From contig CBDDTI010000746.1 in the NCBI GenBank assembly GCA_965233585.1, forward strand, positions 416,001 to 480,000: a DNA stretch of 64,000 nt, given 5' to 3'. The position numbers were made by a program, and so were the translations under genes. Below, piece by piece: positions 39,168 through 48,290 of the stretch. The stretch comes from a bacterium. Lineage in GTDB: Bacteria; SAR324; NAC60-12. Position 1 is the first letter of the stretch. The number at the start of each line of letters is the position of its first letter. Below the pieces are notes generated by a model. The model was not told the DNA's origin. It ran no database searches and saw only the letters and a program-made list of their open reading frames with translations.

Positions 39168-40159
39168 GTCAGTCTTTTGAGTCTCTTTTGACTCAACCCA
39201 TTTGCCTTGATGACCTTCGTCATGCGGTTGATTCTGACTTTCAGCAAGTGGTTGAAAGTCTTTACCAGTGGTTAAGAGAAGATCGTCTTGTGGTCACAAG
39301 GCATTCAAAGGCTCTTTCCTATTCTTCTTTTTTCTTTTTCCTGCCCACTGACATTGTTCAGCTGAAAACCTCTCAAACTCTACGAATTGCCACATGGAAT
39401 GTCAACTCCATTCGCAAACGTTTAGAGTTGTTATGCGACTTTTTAAAAGCGCAACGACCAACCCTTGTAGTGTTGCAAGAGACCAAAACGCCAGATGCGT
39501 CCTTCCCTCATGGTGAGTTGCTACTTCATGGCTACAGCTGTGTTTTTCATGGTCAGCGAACGTACAATGGGGTTGCTGTGCTGGCAAACTGTGCGATTGA
39601 TGACGTCCGCTATGGTTTTACAAATGGCTGGGATAGTTCAAACAAACGATTGATTGCCGCACTGGTTCAAGGTGTGTGGGTCATCAACGTCTATGCGCCG
39701 CAGGGTGAAAGTGTGGAGTCTGACAAATTTGAGTACAAACTTTCATTTTATGAACAGCTACACCAAGAGTTGCAAGCTCATTACTCTGCCTCGCAACCTG
39801 TCGTTTTGCTTGGAGATTTGAACATTGCACCAGAGGCAAGAGATTTGTCGTGTCCTGAAGCAATGGCAGGACACGTGAGTTTTCACCCCAAAGAACTTGA
39901 GGCATTGCAAAAGCTAAAAGACTGGGGCTTGCATGACGTCTTCCGTAACTTTCAGGAATCAAACGGACATTACAGCTGGTGGGATTACAGAGGCAATGCC
40001 TTTGCAAAAGATGAAGGCATGAGGATTGACCATATTTGGGTCACCAAGCCTTTGTTAGAACAAGCAGACTCTTGTTGGATAGACAAAGCTATGCGCACCT
40101 TGCCTTCTCCTTCTGACCACGTGCCTGTCATTGCTGATTTCAATCACTTGAGTCTTTAA
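39164..40159 (+). CDS. xth: Exodeoxyribonuclease III with ~70-aa N-terminal extension
   Basis: IATWNVNSIR, LQETK, YNGVA, NVYAPQG, GDLNIAP, YSWWDYR, RIDH, PSDHVP. Confidence 0.93.
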   Translation: MSQSFESLLTQPICLDDLRHAVDSDFQQVVESLYQWLREDRLVVTRHSKALSYSSFFFFLPTDIVQLKTSQTLRIATWNVNSIRKRLELLCDFLKAQRPTLVVLQETKTPDASFPHGELLLHGYSCVFHGQRTYNGVAVLANCAIDDVRYGFTNGWDSSNKRLIAALVQGVWVINVYAPQGESVESDKFEYKLSFYEQLHQELQAHYSASQPVVLLGDLNIAPEARDLSCPEAMAGHVSFHPKELEALQKLKDWGLHDVFRNFQESNGHYSWWDYRGNAFAKDEGMRIDHIWVTKPLLEQADSCWIDKAMRTLPSPSDHVPVIADFNHLSL

Positions 40160-40826
40160 AGACACGCCTTGCCAAAGTCAAAGAACACACCGTTTTTGCC
40201 CCTTGCATCTTCAAAACTTTGGCAGCCTCATTGAGTGTCTCGCCTGAAGTCATCACATCATCTATTAGCAGGATTGAGCAATCTTTGACATGTTTTTCGC
40301 AATGTTTTTGGACAGCAAAGGCGTTTTGTATGTTTTCAATCCGTCCTTTGCGTGAAAGTTTCGCTTGTTCTTGAGTGTAACGTGTTCTGATAAGTAAATT
40401 TTCAATACGTTGCTGATTCCAAATGGGAGTCCGTACTAACTCTAAGGATTGATTGAAGCCTCTTTGCCTGAATCGTTTTTTGTGCAATGGAATGGGTGTG
40501 ATATAATCAAATGTTTTCAGACTGGGCAATGTTTGGTACATCAAACGGCTCAGCATGGGAATCAAACGTTCTTGCTGATGAAATTTTAAACCAAGCACCC
40601 ACTGCCTAACTTGTGCATGATAAAAGAACGTAGAATAGCAGTGGTCTAAATAAGTTGGGGTTTGCAAAGCCTGTTTGGGATTGTACCACGGCAGGCTTTG
40701 ACTGCATTTGAAGCAAAGGAAAGGAGAGGCTGAAAGCTCCTTGCTTTTTAAATGAGCTTGGCAAACCAAGCATTGTGGCAATAACAAATAGGTTGTGATG
40801 ACATCTATACTTTTTTTAAAAAACAT
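40140..40826 (-). CDS. comF: ComF-family protein (Zn ribbon + phosphoribosyltransferase)
   Basis: CLVC…CFKC, PIPLHKKR…RGFNQS, LLIDDVMTSGET. Confidence 0.9.
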   Translation of the reverse strand: MFFKKSIDVITTYLLLPQCLVCQAHLKSKELSASPFLCFKCSQSLPWYNPKQALQTPTYLDHCYSTFFYHAQVRQWVLGLKFHQQERLIPMLSRLMYQTLPSLKTFDYITPIPLHKKRFRQRGFNQSLELVRTPIWNQQRIENLLIRTRYTQEQAKLSRKGRIENIQNAFAVQKHCEKHVKDCSILLIDDVMTSGETLNEAAKVLKMQGAKTVCSLTLARRVFKDSSD

Positions 40827-41379
40827 GAAGATTTTCAAGTTTGGCGTCTCTTGTCAGATGATGCTTTTGTTCTTGTTTGGCTGTTCTACCAATTTTTATC
40901 CTCCTAACATGGATTATGAAGTTGGTTTTTTTACTGACAGAATTGCAGGGTTGGTGACTGATGAAGAAGGGCGGTTTATAGAGGGGTCGTTTGTCATTGT
41001 CAGAAAGTATTACTCACACGTGGTGTCTTTGGAAGAAAAAATTTACACCCCTGAAGCCTCATTGGTTTTTCCCAATGAATATGGTGATTTTTCAGTGACG
41101 ATGGAGTCCAGTGTTGCCAAATTAGATTTAATTTTTATTGCATCAGGTTATGTGATGCAAAGTTTTTCATTTCAAAGGCAGATTGGGATTGGCAACCTGT
41201 CTTACTATGCTCAGTTGAAACCAACAGAAGCATGGCGGGAACATTTCTTGGTGAATATCCAACCACTCTTGCAACATCTCATTTTAGAGGAACGTTATCT
41301 TTTGCCAGCCATTCACCTTGCCTTTTTAGATGAATGGCAAGACAAGGAAAAGGCAGGATTTACAGACCTTCAAAATTGA
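40825..41379 (+). CDS. Hypothetical lipoprotein
   Basis: MKIFKFGVSCQMMLLFLFG-C lipobox; ends 6 nt before engB. Confidence 0.65.
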   Translation: MKIFKFGVSCQMMLLFLFGCSTNFYPPNMDYEVGFFTDRIAGLVTDEEGRFIEGSFVIVRKYYSHVVSLEEKIYTPEASLVFPNEYGDFSVTMESSVAKLDLIFIASGYVMQSFSFQRQIGIGNLSYYAQLKPTEAWREHFLVNIQPLLQHLILEERYLLPAIHLAFLDEWQDKEKAGFTDLQN

Positions 41380-41385
41380 CCAGAC

Positions 41386-41991
41386 ATGAAGATTCAATCT
41401 GCAGAGTTTGTTTTAAGCGCTGCCAAAACATCGCAATTTCCCCAAACAAACTTCCCTGAAATTGCTTTTTGTGGCAAATCTAATGTTGGCAAGTCCACTT
41501 TGATTAATTCATTATTGAGGCGGAAAAGCCTTGTCAAAACCAGCTCTGTCCCCGGCAAAACACAACTCATCAACTTCTTTTGTATCAATCAATCTTTTCA
41601 TTTGGTAGATTTACCGGGATATGGCTTTGCCCGTGTGCCTGTTCATGTTAGGCAAAGTTGGAAGGTATTGATTGAATCTTACTTGAAAGAAAGGCAGGCT
41701 TTAAAAGCCGCCGTTTTGATTGTTGACAGCAGGCATGGCGCCACACCGCAAGACCTTGCCTTGTACGAATGGTTTCAACACGAAGCTAAACCTGTCATTG
41801 TCATTGCCAACAAAATTGACAAGCTCAAATCTAGTCAAATCAAAAAGCAATTACAAAGCATTCAAACAGCCTTTGCACTGACTTCAGAACCTTTGCCTCA
41901 TTCTTCTTCAAAAAAAATAGGACAGCCCCAGATTTGGCAAGCACTGCAAGAACATCTTCAATCCTCCCCCCTCAAAGACACCACGCCTTAA
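41386..41991 (+). CDS. engB: Ribosome biogenesis GTPase YihA/EngB
   Basis: GKSNVGKS, PGKTQLINFF, DLPGYGFA, NKID. Confidence 0.95.
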   Translation: MKIQSAEFVLSAAKTSQFPQTNFPEIAFCGKSNVGKSTLINSLLRRKSLVKTSSVPGKTQLINFFCINQSFHLVDLPGYGFARVPVHVRQSWKVLIESYLKERQALKAAVLIVDSRHGATPQDLALYEWFQHEAKPVIVIANKIDKLKSSQIKKQLQSIQTAFALTSEPLPHSSSKKIGQPQIWQALQEHLQSSPLKDTTP

Positions 41992-42076
41992 AAACCTTAA
42001 TCCTTCCTTAAATTCTTTCAAAGCCTGCACTTTTTGACTGACGTTATTTTGGTTTGTCTGTTGCATACATTTTGAG

Positions 42077-42400
42077 ATGCAAAATAAACTTCTTTTCTTC
42101 ACTTCCTTGCTGATGGTGCTATGGCTTTCAGCATGTCGCTCGTCTGAAACTCAGAACGTCTTCCGTACGCAGTATCTGGAATCTACAAGTTTGGGATACA
42201 AGCCTCCTAAGCAAATTAAAATGATGGCTGTCGGCTGTGGACTCACTTTGCTTGATGCCCAAAAAACTGCCAAACAAAATGCACAATTCAACCTCCGTTC
42301 TGTCATGGGCAACCAACGTTATTTGGAGTCGTTCCGTGAAAAACGTAGGTTTATGAAAGGCAATCAAATTTGTGTGCAAATCAATGCAATCGCTAGATAG
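42077..42400 (+). CDS. Hypothetical small lipoprotein
   Basis: MQNKLLFFTSLLMVLWLSA-C lipobox. Confidence 0.65.
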   Translation: MQNKLLFFTSLLMVLWLSACRSSETQNVFRTQYLESTSLGYKPPKQIKMMAVGCGLTLLDAQKTAKQNAQFNLRSVMGNQRYLESFREKRRFMKGNQICVQINAIAR

Positions 42401-42424
42401 TCCAGTCAAAGCGACGTTGGTGTG

Positions 42425-43456
42425 TTAATCCCTTTTGACGTCATTGAGTCGTTGTTTGGCAAGCTGATTGGCAACGTCGTGTGTAGATTGCTGTTGTCCT
42501 GCTTGCTGGAAGATGGTGTCTAGTTGCGAACCTATCTGTTCTATACGTTCTTTGCAGACTGCCTCACCTTCACCGCTGATGTGGGAGGAAATACTGATGA
42601 CACCACCAGCATTGATGACATAATCGGGTGCATAGAGAATACTACGTTGTGCAAGTAATTGGGCAATATCGGGACTTTGAAGCTGGTTATTTGCAGCACC
42701 TGCGACGATGCTCACCTGTAATTGTTCCACAGACTGTAAGTTGAGCGTCCCGCCAAAGGCACAAGGTGCATAAACATCAGCTTCTACATGCACATCTTCA
42801 ATCACACGAGCATCAAAATCTTCTTGAACACGTTTTAATGCTGACTCTGAAACATCTTTGACGAGTAATTCAGCACCTTCTTGATGCAGATGCTTTGCCA
42901 GTCCGTAGCCCACGCTACCAATGCCTTCAATAATGACTCTGACACCTTTCAAGTCATCAGACTGTAGCCGATGACGTGCGGCACTTTTGATGCCAAGAAA
43001 CACACCATAAGCGGTGTAAGGGGACGGAGAACCCCCGCCATCTTTGCCAGCATACACGACATGCTTGCTGAACTGACTCATACATTTGAGGTCATCAACG
43101 GTGATACCAGAGTCTTGAGTTGTGACGTAGAGACCATTCAAACGATTGACAAAGCCACTCAACGCCTTGAGTAACTCCGTTTTATCCGTACGATGAGGGT
43201 CTGCAATGACAACACATTTACCCCCACCAAAAGGCAGATTAGCCATCGCTGATTTGTAACTCATGCCCTCTGACAATCGCAAGACATCGGTCAACGCATC
43301 GTCATCGCTGGCATAGGGGAACATACGGCAGCCACCCAAAGCAGGACCTAAATTGGTGTTATGAATGCCGATGATGGCTTTGAGACCACTCTTGCGGTCT
43401 TGACAAAAAACAACTTGTTCATGGTCATTGAACTCTAAATGAGAAAAGGTACTCAT
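42425..43456 (-). CDS. Glu/Leu/Phe/Val dehydrogenase (leucine dehydrogenase-like)
   Basis: HEQVVFC, LGPALGGCR, GMSYK, GGGK, GAANNQL, PDYVINAGG. Confidence 0.92.
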   Translation of the reverse strand: MSTFSHLEFNDHEQVVFCQDRKSGLKAIIGIHNTNLGPALGGCRMFPYASDDDALTDVLRLSEGMSYKSAMANLPFGGGKCVVIADPHRTDKTELLKALSGFVNRLNGLYVTTQDSGITVDDLKCMSQFSKHVVYAGKDGGGSPSPYTAYGVFLGIKSAARHRLQSDDLKGVRVIIEGIGSVGYGLAKHLHQEGAELLVKDVSESALKRVQEDFDARVIEDVHVEADVYAPCAFGGTLNLQSVEQLQVSIVAGAANNQLQSPDIAQLLAQRSILYAPDYVINAGGVISISSHISGEGEAVCKERIEQIGSQLDTIFQQAGQQQSTHDVANQLAKQRLNDVKRD

Positions 43457-43778
43457 GTATTGACTCCTGTTAGTAAAGTTAGTTAAAAGCTAGTGAAACG
43501 TGTCTTTGGCTCATCATCTGTTTGTTCTCTCTTGAGACGTATTATTCTGCTGAACAGCAAAAAAACTTGATGACAAAACCACATATTGAGAATCATCACA
43601 AAACTAACCAAGAATTGTAGCATCATCATCATTTTTTACAACTCTACACTGTCATCTACTATGATGCCTCATCATCACAAGCATTCATTCACACTAGCAA
43701 ACAATGCCAACAAGCTAGGTTTGACAATGACCTCTTGACTCCCTCCCTCTTCAATTTCAAATTATTTTAAGCAAGGGC

Positions 43779-43807
43779 TTGCGTTTTTTTTTGTACATGT
43801 ATATTAT
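43779..43807 (+). promoter_or_regulatory. Sigma70-type promoter for the 43939 lipoprotein
   Basis: TTGCGT-N17-TATTAT with an AT-rich upstream tract. Confidence 0.55.
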
Positions 43808-43848
43808 ATCGCTAATTATTCTTTAACTCTCATTTAAAAAAGTTTCAG

Positions 43849-43901
43849 GCAAAGAAAAGTCTTTGAAACCTGCAAGCATGCAGACTTCAAAGACCTTTTG
43901 C
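43849..43901 (+). other. Long hairpin in the 5' leader
   Basis: GTCTTTGAA-AC-CTGCA-AGCA-TGCAG-AC-TTCAAAGAC, extended by GCAAA…TTTGC. Confidence 0.55.
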
Positions 43902-43938
43902 AAATCATTTTTCTAACTCCAACATCAAAGGAATCATC

Positions 43939-44517
43939 ATGCAACATCTCATCTTCAACACAAAAAAACTCATCAAACTCACAACAGCAGGTGTTATAGG
44001 TTTAAGTAGTATTACAGGTTGTGGAAGTGGAGATTCAGGTTCTCCCGGAAGTAATAATAATAATAAAGATGGTGAAAAAGTAGAAGAAGAAAAAGTAGAA
44101 ATGTGTAATAATATTTATTCTAAAAGTGATAAAGAAGCTTTTAAAAAAGAATTCAATAAAATAAATAATTCCAGAGTCAATTATATGACTCATTTAGATA
44201 GAAATGGAAATATTTGTGTAGTAGGAGGAGGAGATGTAGAAGTTTTTACTTTTTTGAAAGAATTTAGAGATGCCCCTGAAGAGATTCGTTATGTAGATAA
44301 TATGGGATGTGGCCATCTTCCATTTTCTCCTATCAAGTATTCCAAAAATATTAGGTATTTACTTGATACTAATAGTAGTTCTATAAAAGAAGGAATTAAA
44401 CGATTAAGAGAGGGAATGCATTATTTAAAATTGGAAGATAAGATACAAGAAGATCCAGGATTTGATATTAATTCAACTCAAAAATATATTAAGGTTAGAA
44501 TTTCAAAAGAGTGTTAA
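43939..44517 (+). CDS. AT-rich orphan lipoprotein
   Basis: RBS AAGGA; …GVIGLSSITG-C lipobox; GS/N/E-rich linker; A/T-ending codons. Confidence 0.7.
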   Translation: MQHLIFNTKKLIKLTTAGVIGLSSITGCGSGDSGSPGSNNNNKDGEKVEEEKVEMCNNIYSKSDKEAFKKEFNKINNSRVNYMTHLDRNGNICVVGGGDVEVFTFLKEFRDAPEEIRYVDNMGCGHLPFSPIKYSKNIRYLLDTNSSSIKEGIKRLREGMHYLKLEDKIQEDPGFDINSTQKYIKVRISKEC

Positions 44518-44522
44518 ATGAT

Positions 44523-45896
44523 TCAAAAACGAATCTGTAGTTTTTTGATGTGTTGAATGAATCTTTGGTTAATGGTGGATTCTTGGGCATGTTGGTTGTC
44601 TTTGATAACCCAACGTCCTTTGACAAGCGTCCCGTAAAAATGGGGGTGCGTGTAAAGCATGGTCGCAGTTAAGTTTTGGGTGCTAGTGCAAGCCAGCAGT
44701 GGAGTCTTGGCATCAATGATGAGCGCATTCAAAGGGAATCCTTCTTTGAAAAAACGAGGTTCTGCATGCCCCATCGCCTTTCTGCCTGTAATGGTGCATC
44801 GCTGCAATGCCATCAATGCTGCGTCTCCTTGAAAAGTATCCCGTTGGTGAGAAACAAGACGTTGTCCGTAATCTAGCCATCGCAATTCCTCCAATGGATT
44901 CAATCCGATGTGGCTATCTGTGCCAATGCTGAAAGACCCACCAGAGTTGATGAAAGTTTGCACATCAAACAACCCATCGCCTAAATTCCCCTCCGTGCTA
45001 GGACACAACACAACATTTGCTTGACTTTTCACAATCATTTGCAACTCATCTTGGCTTAAATGTGTGGCATGGACAAGGTGGTAATTTTCATTGACAGGCA
45101 GATGCTGACAAAGCCACTGGACAGGTCGTTGTCCCAGATGAGCAAGACAATCGTCCACTTCTTGCAACTGTTCGCTGATGTGTATGTGTAACGGCACGTC
45201 ATCGGGTTTGTCTAGGGCAACCTGTTTCATCTCTTCTGTGCCAACTCCACGCATGGAGTGTAGCCCATAAGCAACGTTGGCATCTTCATACAAGCTGGCA
45301 CTTTTGATGCTGGCTTCTAACAGCTTGTAGTATTCATCAACATTTTTAGAGATAAAGCGAATTTGACGGGGATTAGGAGGCTGACCAAATCCCCCTTTTT
45401 GATAGAAAATTGGGATTAAAGTCAGCCCGATTCCTACTTCTTTTGCGGCACAAATCAAACGTTCTCCCATTTCAGCAAGATGACGATAAGCATTGCCAGA
45501 TGACTCGTGATGCAAATAATGAAATTCGGCAACATGCGTGTAGCCATGCTTCAACATCTCTTTATACAACATGGAGGCAATGGCTTCTAAATCCTCTGGT
45601 TCTAAGGTCAAAGCGATTTGATACATCGCCTCTCTCCAGCTCCAAAAACTGTCTTGCAAACCATTGGTTGCGTGGTTTTCTGCCAAGCCTGCCATCGCAT
45701 ATTGAAAAGCGTGAGAATGAGCATTTTGAAACCCGGGTAACGCATACCCATCAACAGACTCTACTAAGGCTTGGTCGTCATCTTGGATTGTTGATGCAAT
45801 AGAAACGATGTTGCCTGCATCATTGACTTTGACAAAGGCGTCTTGCAACCAACCTTCATTTTGTAAAATCCCTTTGAAATAATAGACTTTTTCCAT
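44523..45896 (-). CDS. hutF: Formimidoylglutamate deiminase
   Basis: PGFQNAHSHAFQYAMAG, SFWSWREAMY, AEFHYLH, HIHISEQ, CPSTEGNLGDG, GTDSH. Confidence 0.93.
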   Translation of the reverse strand: MEKVYYFKGILQNEGWLQDAFVKVNDAGNIVSIASTIQDDDQALVESVDGYALPGFQNAHSHAFQYAMAGLAENHATNGLQDSFWSWREAMYQIALTLEPEDLEAIASMLYKEMLKHGYTHVAEFHYLHHESSGNAYRHLAEMGERLICAAKEVGIGLTLIPIFYQKGGFGQPPNPRQIRFISKNVDEYYKLLEASIKSASLYEDANVAYGLHSMRGVGTEEMKQVALDKPDDVPLHIHISEQLQEVDDCLAHLGQRPVQWLCQHLPVNENYHLVHATHLSQDELQMIVKSQANVVLCPSTEGNLGDGLFDVQTFINSGGSFSIGTDSHIGLNPLEELRWLDYGQRLVSHQRDTFQGDAALMALQRCTITGRKAMGHAEPRFFKEGFPLNALIIDAKTPLLACTSTQNLTATMLYTHPHFYGTLVKGRWVIKDNQHAQESTINQRFIQHIKKLQIRF

Positions 45897-45930
45897 TTTT
45901 TAATTCTCTTAAATCTTTTTTCAAGTCTTT

Positions 45931-46737
45931 TTAAATCTTTTCTAACGTTTGAATGAGATTGACAAACATGTCTTTTAAAATGCCTCTGATGTGTTGTGCT
46001 TTGCTTTCATTGTAATGACGTTCGGTCTCGTCCATGTAATTTGTCTTTGCCATCTCCAGTTGGAGTGCATGAATCTTTTGTTTAGGATTGCCGAAGTTTC
46101 TGGTGATATAGCCCCCTTTGAATGGGTGATTGTGTGAAAACTCATATTGAGAGTCATTGAGGCTTTGCAAAGCCGTTTCTATGAGTTCTTGGCTGGCACT
46201 TTGTAAATCATTATCCCCCAAAATCAAATCAGGGAAAGGAGTGTTTTGAATGGTGGGGACAGATTTTTTGATAGAGTGTGCATCAAACAACAACACGTGT
46301 CCAAATGTTCTTTGGTGTTGTTCCAGCAATTCTTTGACCTTGTTGTGATAGGGCATGTAATAAGCGTCAAGTCGTCTTTGAATCTCTTTTTGTGTTGGAA
46401 TGTTGCTTGGCTGTCTGTAAATCTGATGCCCAAGAAAATCACAATGAGGCACTAAAGAAGTCGTGACTCTCCCATCATTATAAAGTGGTTGGTCGTGTAA
46501 AGAACGATTGAGGTCAATCACATATCTACTATACTTTGCACGAATCATGGTGATTCCCAAATCCCCTACAAAATCATAAAGCCTGTCAACAAACCAATCT
46601 GTGTCATCAGGATTTTGCAAGACTTGGGGCATGTAATCAGCAGCAATATCTTGCGGAAAGAGTTCGCCACAATGGGGGACGCTCACAACGATTGGCACAG
46701 AAGGCGTTGTCGGTTCAATCACATCATAAGGTAACAT
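45931..46737 (-). CDS. hutG: N-formylglutamate amidohydrolase
   Basis: SVPHCG, DTDWFVDRLY, SRYVIDLNR, DAHSI, FKGGYITR, HALQLE. Confidence 0.93.
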   Translation of the reverse strand: MLPYDVIEPTTPSVPIVVSVPHCGELFPQDIAADYMPQVLQNPDDTDWFVDRLYDFVGDLGITMIRAKYSRYVIDLNRSLHDQPLYNDGRVTTSLVPHCDFLGHQIYRQPSNIPTQKEIQRRLDAYYMPYHNKVKELLEQHQRTFGHVLLFDAHSIKKSVPTIQNTPFPDLILGDNDLQSASQELIETALQSLNDSQYEFSHNHPFKGGYITRNFGNPKQKIHALQLEMAKTNYMDETERHYNESKAQHIRGILKDMFVNLIQTLEKI

Positions 46738-46749
46738 ATCAATTTTTGA

Positions 46750-47457
46750 CTAAAGGACGGGTTCTGACACAGAGTAAAGTTTATATCTGGAAGAGGGGTA
46801 ATAAAGTTTGGAATAACTGGCAACTTTGTGATTGCAAAAGACCACTCTTGAGACAGCCAGACAAGGTTCAGATTCTCCTATTTCCAAAGCATGACAGGTT
46901 TCAGGCTGGCTTTTAACTGCTTCTATCGTATTTTCTACTTTTTGTGCAGGACAACGTTTTTGTAAGTATTCATTGGGGGTCATTTTTTTAAAATCTTGCT
47001 GCAGATAGTCAGGGCATAACGCTGGGTTGATATAGCGAACGTCAAAGCGGACTGGAACGTCATTTTCTTGATGTATGATTTGGGAAGTAAAGATTTTCTG
47101 GTCTGTGACAACTCCCATGACTGCAGCAACTTCTACACTGGCTTTGATTTCTTCTAATTTGTTAATTTTGTTGCTGTAACAATTCCCTCGTTGCTGAATC
47201 TCATCAACAATGTTTCTCAGCTCCAAAATGGAGGTCTGCGGCTTTTGAAAGCAAACAAAACTTCCACTCCTTGGAAACCTCCGAATCCAACCTTCTATGG
47301 CTAATTGACTCAATGCTTTATTGACAGTCTGCCTTGTTGTCTTGAATTGAATAGATAACTCACTCTCTGTGGGAATCTTGTCGTTGAACACAAATGTCTT
47401 GTCCAATATCTGTTGCTTAATAAAGTTCTTAATCTGCTTAAAAATCGCTTCACTCAT
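46750..47457 (-). CDS. hutC: Histidine utilization repressor (GntR HTH + UTRA)
   Basis: IPTESEL…TRQTVNKAL…SGSFV; LELRNIVDEIQQRG; HQENDVPV; adjacent to hutG/hutF. Confidence 0.9.
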   Translation of the reverse strand: MSEAIFKQIKNFIKQQILDKTFVFNDKIPTESELSIQFKTTRQTVNKALSQLAIEGWIRRFPRSGSFVCFQKPQTSILELRNIVDEIQQRGNCYSNKINKLEEIKASVEVAAVMGVVTDQKIFTSQIIHQENDVPVRFDVRYINPALCPDYLQQDFKKMTPNEYLQKRCPAQKVENTIEAVKSQPETCHALEIGESEPCLAVSRVVFCNHKVASYSKLYYPSSRYKLYSVSEPVL

Positions 47458-47522
47458 AAATTTTTTAAATCATAGACAGAATGCAAAGGTTTGTTGTTCG
47501 GTTTTAAAAGTCTTAAATAGAA

Positions 47523-48287
47523 TTAAATAGAATTGACAAATCCACCATCTATGTAGAGAATCTGCCCCGTGATGTAAGATGCTGAGTCAGAACATAAAAA
47601 GACACTTGCCCCCATGAGGTCTTCTAAATTCCCAAAACGTTGCATTGGAATCTTGCTAAGCATTTGGTCTTGCCATGCTTGGTTTTCGTAAAATCCTGCT
47701 GTCATGTCCGTATAAAAATAACCTGGGGCAATGCCATTGACCCGAATCCCAACGCTTGCCCACTCGCTAGACAAGGCTTTGGTCATGCCTGCTAATCCTG
47801 ATTTGGAGGAGGTATAAGGAACGGCAGTAGGTATGCCAACGGCACTGGTCAAGGAACAGACGTTTAAAATGCTTCTCTTGTTGTGTTGGCAAGGCAAATT
47901 GGCAAAGGCACGTGAACAAAAAAATGCCCCTTTTAAATTGGTGTCAAGAATCATATCCCAAAGGCTTTCATCAACGTCTTGACTGGCTTGAACTTGTTCT
48001 ATTCCTGCATTGTTGACCAAGATGTCTATTGCACCAAACTTTTGATGAATCTCTTCAAAAAACTGATCAATCGCTTGTTTGTTTTTGACGTCTAACTCAT
48101 AAGCAGATGCTTTGATGCCCAGTGCCTCAAGCTCTTGCTTCTTCTGTGATAGTTGTTCTAGCTTTCTTCCTGTGATGATGATGTTTGCCCCTGCTTGGGC
48201 AAATGCCGTAGCGATTGCCCCCCCAATGCCTTTTCTGCTACCTGTCATCACAGCGGTTTTTTCTGTTAAATCAATCGTAAAACTCAT
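47523..48287 (-). CDS. SDR oxidoreductase (KduD/gluconate-5-dehydrogenase-like)
   Basis: TGSRKGIG, NNAG, YTSSK, NGIAPGYF, YITGQ. Confidence 0.9.
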   Translation of the reverse strand: MSFTIDLTEKTAVMTGSRKGIGGAIATAFAQAGANIIITGRKLEQLSQKKQELEALGIKASAYELDVKNKQAIDQFFEEIHQKFGAIDILVNNAGIEQVQASQDVDESLWDMILDTNLKGAFFCSRAFANLPCQHNKRSILNVCSLTSAVGIPTAVPYTSSKSGLAGMTKALSSEWASVGIRVNGIAPGYFYTDMTAGFYENQAWQDQMLSKIPMQRFGNLEDLMGASVFLCSDSASYITGQILYIDGGFVNSI

Positions 48288-48290
48288 TTG

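Noticed and set aside
43661..43738. His-rich mini-ORF (MMPHHHKHS…) as a histidine attenuator leader
   Set aside because: No RBS, opposite strand and at the distal end of the hut genes, and no attenuator structure follows
43790..43803. HutC operator (TGTACATGTATA)
   Set aside because: Does not fit TGTA-N2-TACA and is not upstream of the hut genes
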